Source: Solirubrobacteraceae bacterium
Lineage (GTDB): Bacteria > Actinomycetota > Thermoleophilia > Solirubrobacterales > Solirubrobacteraceae
Length of the DNA: 64,000 bases
Direction: 5' to 3'
Assembly: GCA_035508515.1 (NCBI GenBank)
Contig: DATJMW010000013.1
Span: forward strand, 45,772 to 109,771
Shown here in pieces: positions 40,888-49,037 of the stretch. The translations under genes were made by a program, and so were the position numbers. The notes under the pieces are model-generated. The model worked only from the letters and a program-made list of their open reading frames with translations, did not search any database and was not told where the DNA came from. How positions within the stretch are numbered: the first letter of the stretch is position 1; every line of letters starts with the position of its first letter.

Positions 40888-42072
40888 TCAGCGGACAAAG
40901 AACACCGTCCTCGTGCTCCCGCGCGCGAGCGTCGTACGGTTCCCGAGCGTGTCGGTCGCCTGGATGTCGAGCACGTAGCGCCCCGGCGCCAGCGCCGCCG
41001 GCAGCAGGTAGGAGAAGCTGGGGGTGCTGCCCACGCTGAAGAAGCTGCCGCCGCCACAGCGGGTGCGCTTGAAGCGCTCCGTGACGCCGTCGTAGGCGGA
41101 GCAGCGGCCGCGGTAGGAACGCCGCAGCTCGATGCTGACTCCGGCGACCGACGCGTGCGTCGAAACGGTGCCCCGCAGCAGCCGGGGGGCGTCTTTGCGC
41201 GAGTAGACGTGCCCTTCGGTGACGCTGCCGGCGCGCGCCACGACGGCGTAGGAGCCTTTGTAGGGCGCGGTCGTGGGCGAGGAGGGCCCGCCGGCGGCAG
41301 CGCCCGTCGTGGCCGCGCCGCACTGCCCGTCGTTGCCGTTGTGCACGCAGACCGTCGTCTCGCTGCGCACCGAGTCGGGGGCGGTCACCTGAAGCTGCTG
41401 GCTGCCGGTTCCCGCCAGCGTCAGGGTGGCGTGGCCGGCGGCGTCGGTCGTCGCCCGGGCGCCGCCGCCGGCGACTGTAGCGCCGGCCGCGGGCGAGGGT
41501 GCGCCGGAAGCGCTCGCGTAGGAGGTCACGGTGACGGTGAACGGCTTGCCGGCTTCCGCGACGGCGGGGGCTTCGATGCCGAGCGGGTTCGGCGCGAGCG
41601 GGCAGGGGTTCGGTTCTTCTTCGCTGAAGCATTCCGGGAAGTACAGGACGCTCTCGCCGCTGCTGAGTTCGCCTTCGCAGATGCCCACGGAGGACGGCTT
41701 GTTGTCGAGCCAGTAGACCCAGAAGAAGTTCTCAGGCGCGCCGAATTCGAATGCGAGCCGTTCGCCCAGGATCGTTTCGACCGAGTAGCCGTGGAGGCTT
41801 TCGAACCATTCGCCGCCCCAGTTGCCGGAGGTCGCGAGCTCGAGCGCGCCCGCGGCGGTCGCGCCGGGGCAGCTGTGCGCGTTGTTGCCGTCCTTGACGA
41901 CGGGCGTGTTGGTGGTCGTGACGGTCGTCGGCGCGAGCAGCGTGTGGCTCGCCCCCTCGACCCGTACCGTCACCGTCGCGGGGGCAGCGGCGTGCGCGGT
42001 TGCAGCGAGCACGAGCCCCGCCAGGAGGAGCGCAGGGACCAGAAACTTCGGGACACGACGAGAACTGAACAT
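40888..42072 (-). CDS. Secreted protein with DUF4430-like domain, Ig-like domain and basic C-terminal module
   Basis: Signal peptide ending AHA, VTVRVEG, YSVETILG, FWVYWLDN...GESVLYF. First gene after the riboswitch; start 42072 or 42090. Confidence 0.7.
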   Translation of the reverse strand: MFSSRRVPKFLVPALLLAGLVLAATAHAAAPATVTVRVEGASHTLLAPTTVTTTNTPVVKDGNNAHSCPGATAAGALELATSGNWGGEWFESLHGYSVETILGERLAFEFGAPENFFWVYWLDNKPSSVGICEGELSSGESVLYFPECFSEEEPNPCPLAPNPLGIEAPAVAEAGKPFTVTVTSYASASGAPSPAAGATVAGGGARATTDAAGHATLTLAGTGSQQLQVTAPDSVRSETTVCVHNGNDGQCGAATTGAAAGGPSSPTTAPYKGSYAVVARAGSVTEGHVYSRKDAPRLLRGTVSTHASVAGVSIELRRSYRGRCSAYDGVTERFKRTRCGGGSFFSVGSTPSFSYLLPAALAPGRYVLDIQATDTLGNRTTLARGSTRTVFFVR

Positions 42073-42114
42073 GAGCCAACCCCTTTCCACGAGGGCTTGC
42101 GGGCTTTCGGCCGG

Positions 42115-42290
42115 AGGCGGGTCTCCTGGCTCCCGGGCCTACCGTCCCGCGCCTTCCCAAGCCGCGTGGGCGGTCTTAGTGGCTGCGCGCTCAGCGCGCT
42201 TGCGGTCGGCATCCCCGGTCACAGTGGCGGGTCCGCGTCGGATTCGCACCGACTTCCCTCGACCACCGACCGTTGAACGGCTGAATCGTA
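42115..42290 (-). ncRNA. Cobalamin (B12) riboswitch
   Basis: Minus strand reads AGGGAAGTCGGTGCGAATCCGACGCGGACCCGCCACTGTGA...GCCACT...GGGAAGG...AGCCAGGAGACC, the canonical B12-box motifs, upstream of an ECF operon. Confidence 0.95.
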
Positions 42291-42303
42291 CCCGACGGGG
42301 CGA

Positions 42304-42630
42304 CTAGCGCTTGCGCTCGACGGAGCCCTTGAGCCGCCGGAGGCGGCGCTCCCAGGCGGCCTCGGTCTGCGCGAGCCAGGCATTGGCGGGGCGCAGCGCA
42401 CCGGGGCGCAGGCGGTAGTGGACCTCGCGCCCGGGCGCGGGCGCGCGCTCGACGAGCCCGGCCTCGCCCAGCGTCCCGAGATGCTTCGCGACGGCCTGGC
42501 GCGTGATCGGCAGCTCGGCGGTCAGGCGCGGCACGCTCGTGGAGCCGTCGCGCAGCAGCGACTCGATCATCACGCGCCGCGTCGGGTCGGCGAGCGCGGC
42601 GAACACCGGGCCGAGCTCGTCGCGGCTCAA
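42304..42630 (-). CDS. ArsR/SmtB family transcriptional regulator
   Basis: VFAALADPTRR, ITRQAVAKHL..L.EAGLV, GREVHY. TTG start at 42630. Confidence 0.9.
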   Translation of the reverse strand: MSRDELGPVFAALADPTRRVMIESLLRDGSTSVPRLTAELPITRQAVAKHLGTLGEAGLVERAPAPGREVHYRLRPGALRPANAWLAQTEAAWERRLRRLKGSVERKR

Positions 42631-42944
42631 GCCGCCACCAGGGCGAAGCTCGCGGCGAGCGCGGGCAGCGGGAACGACGGCTCGCTCTCGGTCACGACGA
42701 CGCGCGTGCCGCCGGGGGTCGCCTCGACGATGAACTCGACGCGCGTGGCGGGCTGTTCCTCGCCAACCCACCACCACACCAGCCGGCTGGGCGACTCGAC
42801 GACCTCGACGTGGATGTCGCGGTCCGGCTCCTGTAGCCAGCGCTCGCGCCCCTCCTCGGTGACGAGCGCTTCCCAGACCTCCTCTGGCGAGGCATCGATC
42901 TCGATCTCTGTTTGCGCAACCTCCGCACGGGCCACCGGCACCAT
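42627..42944 (-). CDS. SRPBCC/AHA1-like domain protein
   Basis: EIEIDASPEEVWEALV, SRLVWWW, TRVVVTES. AAGGAG RBS before ATG 42944. Confidence 0.8.
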   Translation of the reverse strand: MVPVARAEVAQTEIEIDASPEEVWEALVTEEGRERWLQEPDRDIHVEVVESPSRLVWWWVGEEQPATRVEFIVEATPGGTRVVVTESEPSFPLPALAASFALVAA

Positions 42945-42952
42945 CTCCTTGA

Positions 42953-42993
42953 CAACCAAGTGGTTGCTATTGTTGTTGACAACCATACAGTTG
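42953..42993. promoter_or_regulatory. Two CAACC-N4-(G/A)GTTG inverted-repeat operators
   Basis: CAACCAAGTGGTTG (42953-42966) and CAACCATACAGTTG (42980-42993) between the SRPBCC-ArsR genes and divergent clpP. Confidence 0.6.
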
Positions 42994-43009
42994 TCGAAAG
43001 GATATCGAG

Positions 43010-43645
43010 ATGCCCCTTGTCCCGATGGTGGTCGAGCAGAGCGCGCGCGGCGAGCGCTCGTTCGACATCTACTCCCGCCTGCTGAACGAGCGGATCGTCT
43101 TCATCGGCACGCCTGTCGACGATCAGGTCGCGAACCTGGTCGTGGCACAGCTCCTGCACCTGGAGAGCGAGGACCCCGAGAAGGACATCTCGCTGTACGT
43201 GAACTCCCCCGGCGGCGTCGTCTACTCGGGCCTTGCGATCTACGATACGATGCAGTTCGTCAAGCCGGACGTGCAGACGATCTGCTTCGGCGTGGCGATG
43301 AGCATGGGCTCGCTGCTGCTGGCGGGCGGCGCCCCCGGCAAGCGGATGGCGCTGCCGAACAGCCGCATCCTGATCCACCAGCCGTCGGGGGGCTTTCAGG
43401 GACAGGCGGCCGACATCGAGATCCACGCCAAGGAGACGCTTCAGCTGCGGCGGCACATCGACGAGATCTACGCGCGGCACACGGCCCAGCCGATCGAGCG
43501 CGTCCACGACGACATGGACCGCGACCGCTACTTCACGGCACAGGAGGCGCTTGAGTACGGGCTGATCGACCGCGTGATCTCCTCACACGAGCTGACGCGC
43601 GTGCCGACGGGCTTCGCGGGGCGCTCGACGGGAGAGGCGGACTGA
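43010..43645 (+). CDS. clpP: ATP-dependent Clp protease proteolytic subunit
   Basis: [26 protein letters not shown] (Ser), LIHQP (His), DRDRY (Asp). Confidence 0.96.
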   Translation: MPLVPMVVEQSARGERSFDIYSRLLNERIVFIGTPVDDQVANLVVAQLLHLESEDPEKDISLYVNSPGGVVYSGLAIYDTMQFVKPDVQTICFGVAMSMGSLLLAGGAPGKRMALPNSRILIHQPSGGFQGQAADIEIHAKETLQLRRHIDEIYARHTAQPIERVHDDMDRDRYFTAQEALEYGLIDRVISSHELTRVPTGFAGRSTGEAD

Positions 43646-43651
43646 CGCGGA

Positions 43652-44890
43652 TCAGCCCGCGCCGTCTGCCTCGGCGTCTGCGAGCGCGGCGCGCTGCGCC
43701 TGGTCGAGCACCGTCGCATCCACGATCAGCTCGCGCGCTCGATCGAGATCCTTGGAGCGCCCCCAGGTAAGGGCCGCCTTGACGACGCCGTCCTTCAGGT
43801 ACCAGTTCGTGAAGGTGCCATCCTCGAGGGAGCCCCGCACGATCTCCTCGTCCCATTCGTAGGCGGGGCCGACGTACTCGAGCTCGCCCCAGTCGGCGAA
43901 GACGGAGTAGAAGTAGGGCACCTCCTCGTGCGGGACGTTGTTGCCCAGCATGTTCAACGCGACGGTCTTGCCGTGGTTGAAGGCGACGTCCCAGTGCTCG
44001 ATCCGCATCGGCGAGCCGCCATGGACGACGGAGTCGTATTCGCAGATGTCGCCGGCGGCGAACACGCCCTCCGCGGCGGTTTCCAGGCGCGAGGAGCATT
44101 CGACCCCGCCGCGCTCGCCGATCGCGAGCCCGGCGCGCTGCGCGAGCTGCACGTCAGGTGCGACACCGGCCCCGATCACGACGACGTCGGCCTGCAGCTC
44201 CAAGCCGCCCCGCGTCACTACCTTCGCGACGGCGCCGTCGCCCTCGAAGCGCTCGAGCTCGTCGTTCGCGTGGACCGTCACGCCGTGTGATTCGAGCAGC
44301 TGCTGGAAGAACGCGCCCGCCGTGGGCCCGAAGCCCCGTTCCAGCGTGTGCCCCTCCTGCATCACGATCGTGCAGCGCTTGCCCAGCTTCGTCATCGAGG
44401 CTGCGACCTCGCAGCCGATGTAGGAGCCGCCGATCAGCACGACGTGCTCGGCGTCCTCGGCGTCCTCGCGGATCGCGTCGGAGTTGCCGAGCGTGCGCAG
44501 ATAGTGGATGCGCTCCAGATGACATCCCTCGACGTTCAGGCGGCGCACGTTCGCCCCGGTCGCGAGCAGAAGCTTCCCGAAGGAGACATCTTCCTTGTTC
44601 GAGAGCTTCGCGCTGCGGGCGTCGAGGTCGAGCGCGGTGACGCTCGTGCGCGTCAGCAGGTCGATGTCCTGTTCGCCCCAGAACTCGTCCGGACGGAAAT
44701 AGGCCTCCTCGCGTTGCTCCTCGCCGCGCAGGTAGCCCTTCGAGCAGTTGGGGCGGTTATACGGCGGATCGGGCTCGCGTCCGACGAGCAGGATCTGACC
44801 GTCGGCGCCTTCCTCACGCAGCCAGCGGGCGGTGTTCGCGGAGGCGAGACCGCCTCCGATGAGCAGGTAGTCGACTATACGAGTGGGCAT
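43652..44890 (-). CDS. FAD-dependent ferredoxin reductase-like oxidoreductase
   Basis: IGGGLA, PPYNRPNCSK, LLLATGA, IGGSYIGCEVA, AAGDI, RIEHW. Confidence 0.9.
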   Translation of the reverse strand: MPTRIVDYLLIGGGLASANTARWLREEGADGQILLVGREPDPPYNRPNCSKGYLRGEEQREEAYFRPDEFWGEQDIDLLTRTSVTALDLDARSAKLSNKEDVSFGKLLLATGANVRRLNVEGCHLERIHYLRTLGNSDAIREDAEDAEHVVLIGGSYIGCEVAASMTKLGKRCTIVMQEGHTLERGFGPTAGAFFQQLLESHGVTVHANDELERFEGDGAVAKVVTRGGLELQADVVVIGAGVAPDVQLAQRAGLAIGERGGVECSSRLETAAEGVFAAGDICEYDSVVHGGSPMRIEHWDVAFNHGKTVALNMLGNNVPHEEVPYFYSVFADWGELEYVGPAYEWDEEIVRGSLEDGTFTNWYLKDGVVKAALTWGRSKDLDRARELIVDATVLDQAQRAALADAEADGAG

Positions 44891-45001
44891 GGCGTCACCT
44901 TACGCCACGTCACACTGAAAGCGCGACAAAACAGCTGACTGTGGGGATGGCTATCGATCAATGACATTATTCCTATCGTTGGATTAATGAGAGGAGGACT
45001 C

Positions 45002-45268
45002 ATGGCAGGGACGGGAGAGAACCCCCCGGGAGAGACCGATGCGCCGGACCCACGGGCACGACTGATGCACGAAGTGGCGGAGCAGATGGATGCGATCGAA
45101 GCCGACTTCGGCGACGGCTACCAGATCGGGCGCGTGATCACGATCGTCGAGATCACCGGGCCCGACGGCAACGTCGAGCTGCGAGTACGAGCGGGACAGT
45201 ACCCGTGGGTCTCGTTGGGGATGCTGGACTTCGCGAAGAAAAGCGTGGAAGCCTCGATGGGTGCGTAA
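45002..45268 (+). CDS. Small hypothetical protein (88 aa)
   Basis: Strong RBS GAGGAGGA before ATG 45002 and an AT-rich upstream promoter region. Confidence 0.7.
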   Translation: MAGTGENPPGETDAPDPRARLMHEVAEQMDAIEADFGDGYQIGRVITIVEITGPDGNVELRVRAGQYPWVSLGMLDFAKKSVEASMGA

Positions 45269-45300
45269 GCCATGCCCGAGCCCGGGCGCGCCGGCGGCGG

Positions 45301-46479
45301 CTACAGCCCTGGCGGATGGCGCACGGACCATCGGGCCCACGTGGGGATGTGATCCAGAACCCGCCAGCGCGGGCCGCCTTCGCCCGCGTTCGGACCGGTG
45401 TCGGTGCCGTTGCGGCTCGTGTCGAGCCGCAGCCCGGCGATCGTCATGAACACGTGGGCGGTCGGCGCCGTCGTGGCGTAGATCGTCACCCATCGGCCCG
45501 GCCCGGGCGCGCCCCATCCGACGTAGTCCTGCGCGAGCGGATTCTGCTTGAGGATTTCCTGGATGGGGCGGATTCCCGCTCGGTAGAGCACGTAGTTGAC
45601 GGTGCTGGAGCAATCCTCTTCCAGCGCCCCGCGCGGGTCGGGATGGCCACCCGGGCCGTAAGGGAGCTGTTGCAGCTCGTTGCCGGCGACCACCATCGCC
45701 TGGACGACCGCCGGCGCTTGGGCGGGCACCAGCGCAAGATGGCCATCGTGGGGGGCAAGCGTCGCGCGGGGGCCGGCCAGGAAGCGCACCGGCGTCACGG
45801 TTTCGGCCTGTAGGCGCAGGTCCGGCCGCAGCAGCCCGATCGCGCCCACCGGGGCGTCCGCGGGGAGCGGCAGCCCCGAGCTGCCGGACAGCGTCGAGCC
45901 GCGATACCTCGCGGCCCACCGCAGCACCTCGTCGACGTACCAGCCCGCGTGGTTGTAGGCGAACAGGGCGTGCCTGTAGTCACGCGGCGCTCCGGAGGCC
46001 AGCAGGTAGTTGGCGGCGCCGAAGATCGCATCCGCGGCGTCCCAGCGGTCGGCCCTGCCGTCCCCGTCGCCGTCCACACCGTACGCCGACCACGTCGCCG
46101 AGACGAACTGCATCGGCCCACCCGCGCCGGCTCCGTTGGTGGCGCCCTCGCGAGCGCAGGAGGGATCGGGGTCGCGTCCGTGGTCGCACTCGACCCGGCC
46201 GATCGCCGCGAGCACCGCCCAGTCCAGGCCATAGCGCCGCGCCGCCCGCTCGTAGAGGTCCAGGTAGCGCGCGGGGATCTCCTTGCGCGCGAGGGCTGAA
46301 GGCGCGTCACCCCGGTCCGGCTCCTCGCCGGCGCCTTCCTGAAGCGCGACGCCGGTGATCGCGGCGATCGTAGCCAGCGCCAGGAACACGCACAGCGCGA
46401 TTACCGACCCGCCAAGCGCCAGCCGGCGAGCGCCGCGGGGACGCGCTGCCGGGGCTCCAGCGAGCGCACCCGCACTCAC
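45301..46479 (-). CDS. Bifunctional peptidoglycan hydrolase (SLT + NlpC/P60-like), CwlT/TcpG analogue
   Basis: TM anchor, LAAIGRVECDHG and GPMQFVSATW and FAYNHAGWYV (SLT). EDCSSTVNYVL and HVFMTIAG (Cys/His). Confidence 0.8.
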   Translation of the reverse strand: MSAGALAGAPAARPRGARRLALGGSVIALCVFLALATIAAITGVALQEGAGEEPDRGDAPSALARKEIPARYLDLYERAARRYGLDWAVLAAIGRVECDHGRDPDPSCAREGATNGAGAGGPMQFVSATWSAYGVDGDGDGRADRWDAADAIFGAANYLLASGAPRDYRHALFAYNHAGWYVDEVLRWAARYRGSTLSGSSGLPLPADAPVGAIGLLRPDLRLQAETVTPVRFLAGPRATLAPHDGHLALVPAQAPAVVQAMVVAGNELQQLPYGPGGHPDPRGALEEDCSSTVNYVLYRAGIRPIQEILKQNPLAQDYVGWGAPGPGRWVTIYATTAPTAHVFMTIAGLRLDTSRNGTDTGPNAGEGGPRWRVLDHIPTWARWSVRHPPGL

Positions 46480-49037
46480 GGCGTGTCCCTGCCCAGCTGG
46501 CGTTTGCGCCCGGCGGCGACCTCGTGCGCGTCCCTCATGACGCTCGACTCCGACCGCGAGGCGACAGCGGGACGCCCGGTCGGGCGGCGACGTCCACGAT
46601 CCGTCGCGGCGTCGCGGGGTCGATCGAGCTGGGGCACATCCGAGCCGGGGACGATCTCCCGGCGCCGTGCGAGCTCGCGGTCGATCTGCTGCCGCGCCAC
46701 GAGCGCCCTGATCGGATCGAGCTGAAGGAACTCGCGTCGTCCGTAGCCCGCGATCCCGGCCATCGCCGGGTAGCTACGTCTACGCGGCTCGTCTCCCGCG
46801 CGCCCGCCGCCAAGCGGCGGAAGCCTCGCCTGGGCATCGAGGAAACGCGCGTAGGCCTCGCCGCGCCCGCCTCCCGGCCCCCGCCCCCTCCGCTGAGATT
46901 CGCGGCCGCCGGGGTCGTCGGCCGACTCCGCTGCCACTCGCTCGGCTCGGCTGGCGAGCAGCGCGGCCCGGCGCACGTTGCCGACGCTCACGGCGCGCTC
47001 ACGCTGCGCGGCGATCAGTCGCAATCGCGACGAGAGAGCGCCCGGAGACGGCTCGCGGCTGCGCACCCGCGCGTCCGCTCTCGCCGTCGCGGGTGGCGCG
47101 GCCGGCGAGGGCAGCGCGGCCGGGTCGGCTGGCGCGGCCGGGTCGCGCCCAGCCGGAAGCACCGGCGCTTCAGGCGCGCCCCGGTCGCCGCGAGGCCCGA
47201 AGCCGCCGTGTCGGCCATGGCTCGACCGGGGCCACGAGGCCTCGCCGCCGTGGCGCCCCGGCTCGGGCTGCTTGCGATCGGACCGCTCGCGGGCGCCGCG
47301 CACTCGCTCGCGCAGGTCGCGCAGGTCGCCGGGTCGACGCGGCATTCTCCAGCCGTCCGTCGCCGTGCGGTCCCCGCCGATCAGCTGCAAGAGCTGATGG
47401 CGGCGCGCGAAGGTGCCCCACCAGAAGGCGGACATCAGCAGCCAGCGCGTCCACCATCCGACCGCCTGCAGCCCGCCGAGGATCGTGACGATCGCGAGCA
47501 GCACCCCGAGCAGGAAGGCGAACAGGAGCTTTGAGACGACGGCGCCCAGCAGCTGGGCGGCCCATCTGCGAAACGCCGCTCGGCCAGGCTCGCCCAGCGC
47601 GGGCGCGAGCGCAACCGCGGGGGCCAGCAGCAGGTACAGGAGGCTGAAGATCGCGGCGCCGAGCAGCCTCAGCGCGACGAAGCCCAGCAGGAGCAGCAGC
47701 CCGAGCACTCCTGCGGCGATAAGCAGCAAGCCGCCGACCCGTGGCCAGGTGCCGTGGTTGGCGCGGAACTCCGCCGGCGCGGCGGCGCTGCCATGGCAGT
47801 CGGTCGCGTCTTCGCTGCGGCAGATCGCACGCAGCAGCGAGCCTGGATCGTTGATCGCGTTGCGGGCGGGCCCGTTCGGCGGCAGCGCCAGGAAGACTTC
47901 GCCGTTCGTCCGCGCCGCCCGCAGCAGGCGCGCGCTTCGTTCGAGCGCGTCGGCGTCGGCGCCGTGCCGGGCGCAGGCCTGCCCCGCGCAACCGGCTTCG
48001 CGCTGCTCGGAGGCCGCGAGCCGCAGGGCCGCGGCTCGCAGCCCGGGGTCCAGCCGTGCGGGGTCCCGGCACCAGGAGACGTCGCCGAACTCCAGGTAGC
48101 ACCAGGGGATCTCAATCGTGGTCGCGAAGACGGCGCCGAGGCTGTCCGCGAGCGCGTTGCCCGGCGAGGCGGGGCTGCCATGTGCGGTCACGGCGAGCGT
48201 TCCGAGGCTTGCGCCGTTCGCCCATTCCCCCAGGACGCCCACGGTCCCGGCGGGATCAATCGTCACCCAGGTGCAGGCGCCCGTCATCGCCAGCACCAGC
48301 AGAGCCTGCGTCAGGCTCTCGGTCACGCGACGACGGATCAGCCCGTGGTAGGCGCAGAGGATCGCCGCGAGCGGTAGCACCACCGCCAGCCAGGGGAGCG
48401 TGATCGAGGACTGCATCGTGCGCAGCGAATCCCCCACTCCGCCGCGCAGCGTGCCGCCGTCGAGCAGGTCGATCGTGAAGCACCACTCGAGCACCACGAT
48501 GAGCGCGTGCATCGCCCATACCAGCGCCATCCAGAGCGGCGCGACGAACAGGTCCTGCACGATCGCCAGCAGCCCCGACGAGCTGAGCCCCAGCAGCCCG
48601 GTGTCGATGTGTACGTCGAGCCCGAAGTTCCCAGTCGGCGCCGCAGCCGCGATGAAGCCGGAGGTTTCGCAGTTGCGCCGGCCCTGTCCCGCCAGGACCG
48701 AGCCACCCGGCGCGCCGGAGCACAGGGGGCTACCGAGACCGTTGCGAACCAGCGGGTCCGCTTCCGCCACGGGCGATCCTCCCGCCTGCGGTTCATCGCC
48801 GCCTTCGTCGGCGGTGGGAGTGGAGCCCAGCAGAGGCGGGCTCGCCGGGGAGCGCGAGGCGTGCCTCCCGGCGGAGCTGACCGCGGTGGCGTCGGCGCGC
48901 CGCGCAGCCGACGCAGTCCGTGCAGCGCCCGGCTGCCCGCGGGCTTCGCCGACCGGCCACTTGCTGCCGACGCCCGAACCGACGGCCGCCGCCACCAACA
49001 CGCAGGCACCGACACGAGCACACGGCGGGGCGCTCAT
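46476..49037 (-). CDS. Large polytopic membrane protein, ConG/TcpH (VirB6)-like
   Basis: About 7-8 hydrophobic segments, a Cys-containing loop and a long charged C-tail. Follows VirB4 directly. C-terminal part of ORF 46476..51377. Confidence 0.7.
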   Translation of the reverse strand: MSAPPCARVGACVLVAAAVGSGVGSKWPVGEARGQPGAARTASAARRADATAVSSAGRHASRSPASPPLLGSTPTADEGGDEPQAGGSPVAEADPLVRNGLGSPLCSGAPGGSVLAGQGRRNCETSGFIAAAAPTGNFGLDVHIDTGLLGLSSSGLLAIVQDLFVAPLWMALVWAMHALIVVLEWCFTIDLLDGGTLRGGVGDSLRTMQSSITLPWLAVVLPLAAILCAYHGLIRRRVTESLTQALLVLAMTGACTWVTIDPAGTVGVLGEWANGASLGTLAVTAHGSPASPGNALADSLGAVFATTIEIPWCYLEFGDVSWCRDPARLDPGLRAAALRLAASEQREAGCAGQACARHGADADALERSARLLRAARTNGEVFLALPPNGPARNAINDPGSLLRAICRSEDATDCHGSAAAPAEFRANHGTWPRVGGLLLIAAGVLGLLLLLGFVALRLLGAAIFSLLYLLLAPAVALAPALGEPGRAAFRRWAAQLLGAVVSKLLFAFLLGVLLAIVTILGGLQAVGWWTRWLLMSAFWWGTFARRHQLLQLIGGDRTATDGWRMPRRPGDLRDLRERVRGARERSDRKQPEPGRHGGEASWPRSSHGRHGGFGPRGDRGAPEAPVLPAGRDPAAPADPAALPSPAAPPATARADARVRSREPSPGALSSRLRLIAAQRERAVSVGNVRRAALLASRAERVAAESADDPGGRESQRRGRGPGGGRGEAYARFLDAQARLPPLGGGRAGDEPRRRSYPAMAGIAGYGRREFLQLDPIRALVARQQIDRELARRREIVPGSDVPQLDRPRDAATDRGRRRPTGRPAVASRSESSVMRDAHEVAAGRKRQLGRDTP

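Noticed and set aside
44950-44977. Weak dif-like site (CGATCA-ATGACA-TTAT) near the T4SS border, suggesting Xer-mediated integration
   Set aside because: The normally best-conserved XerD arm (TTATGT.AA) reads TTATTCCTA, and no second copy is seen at the other border.
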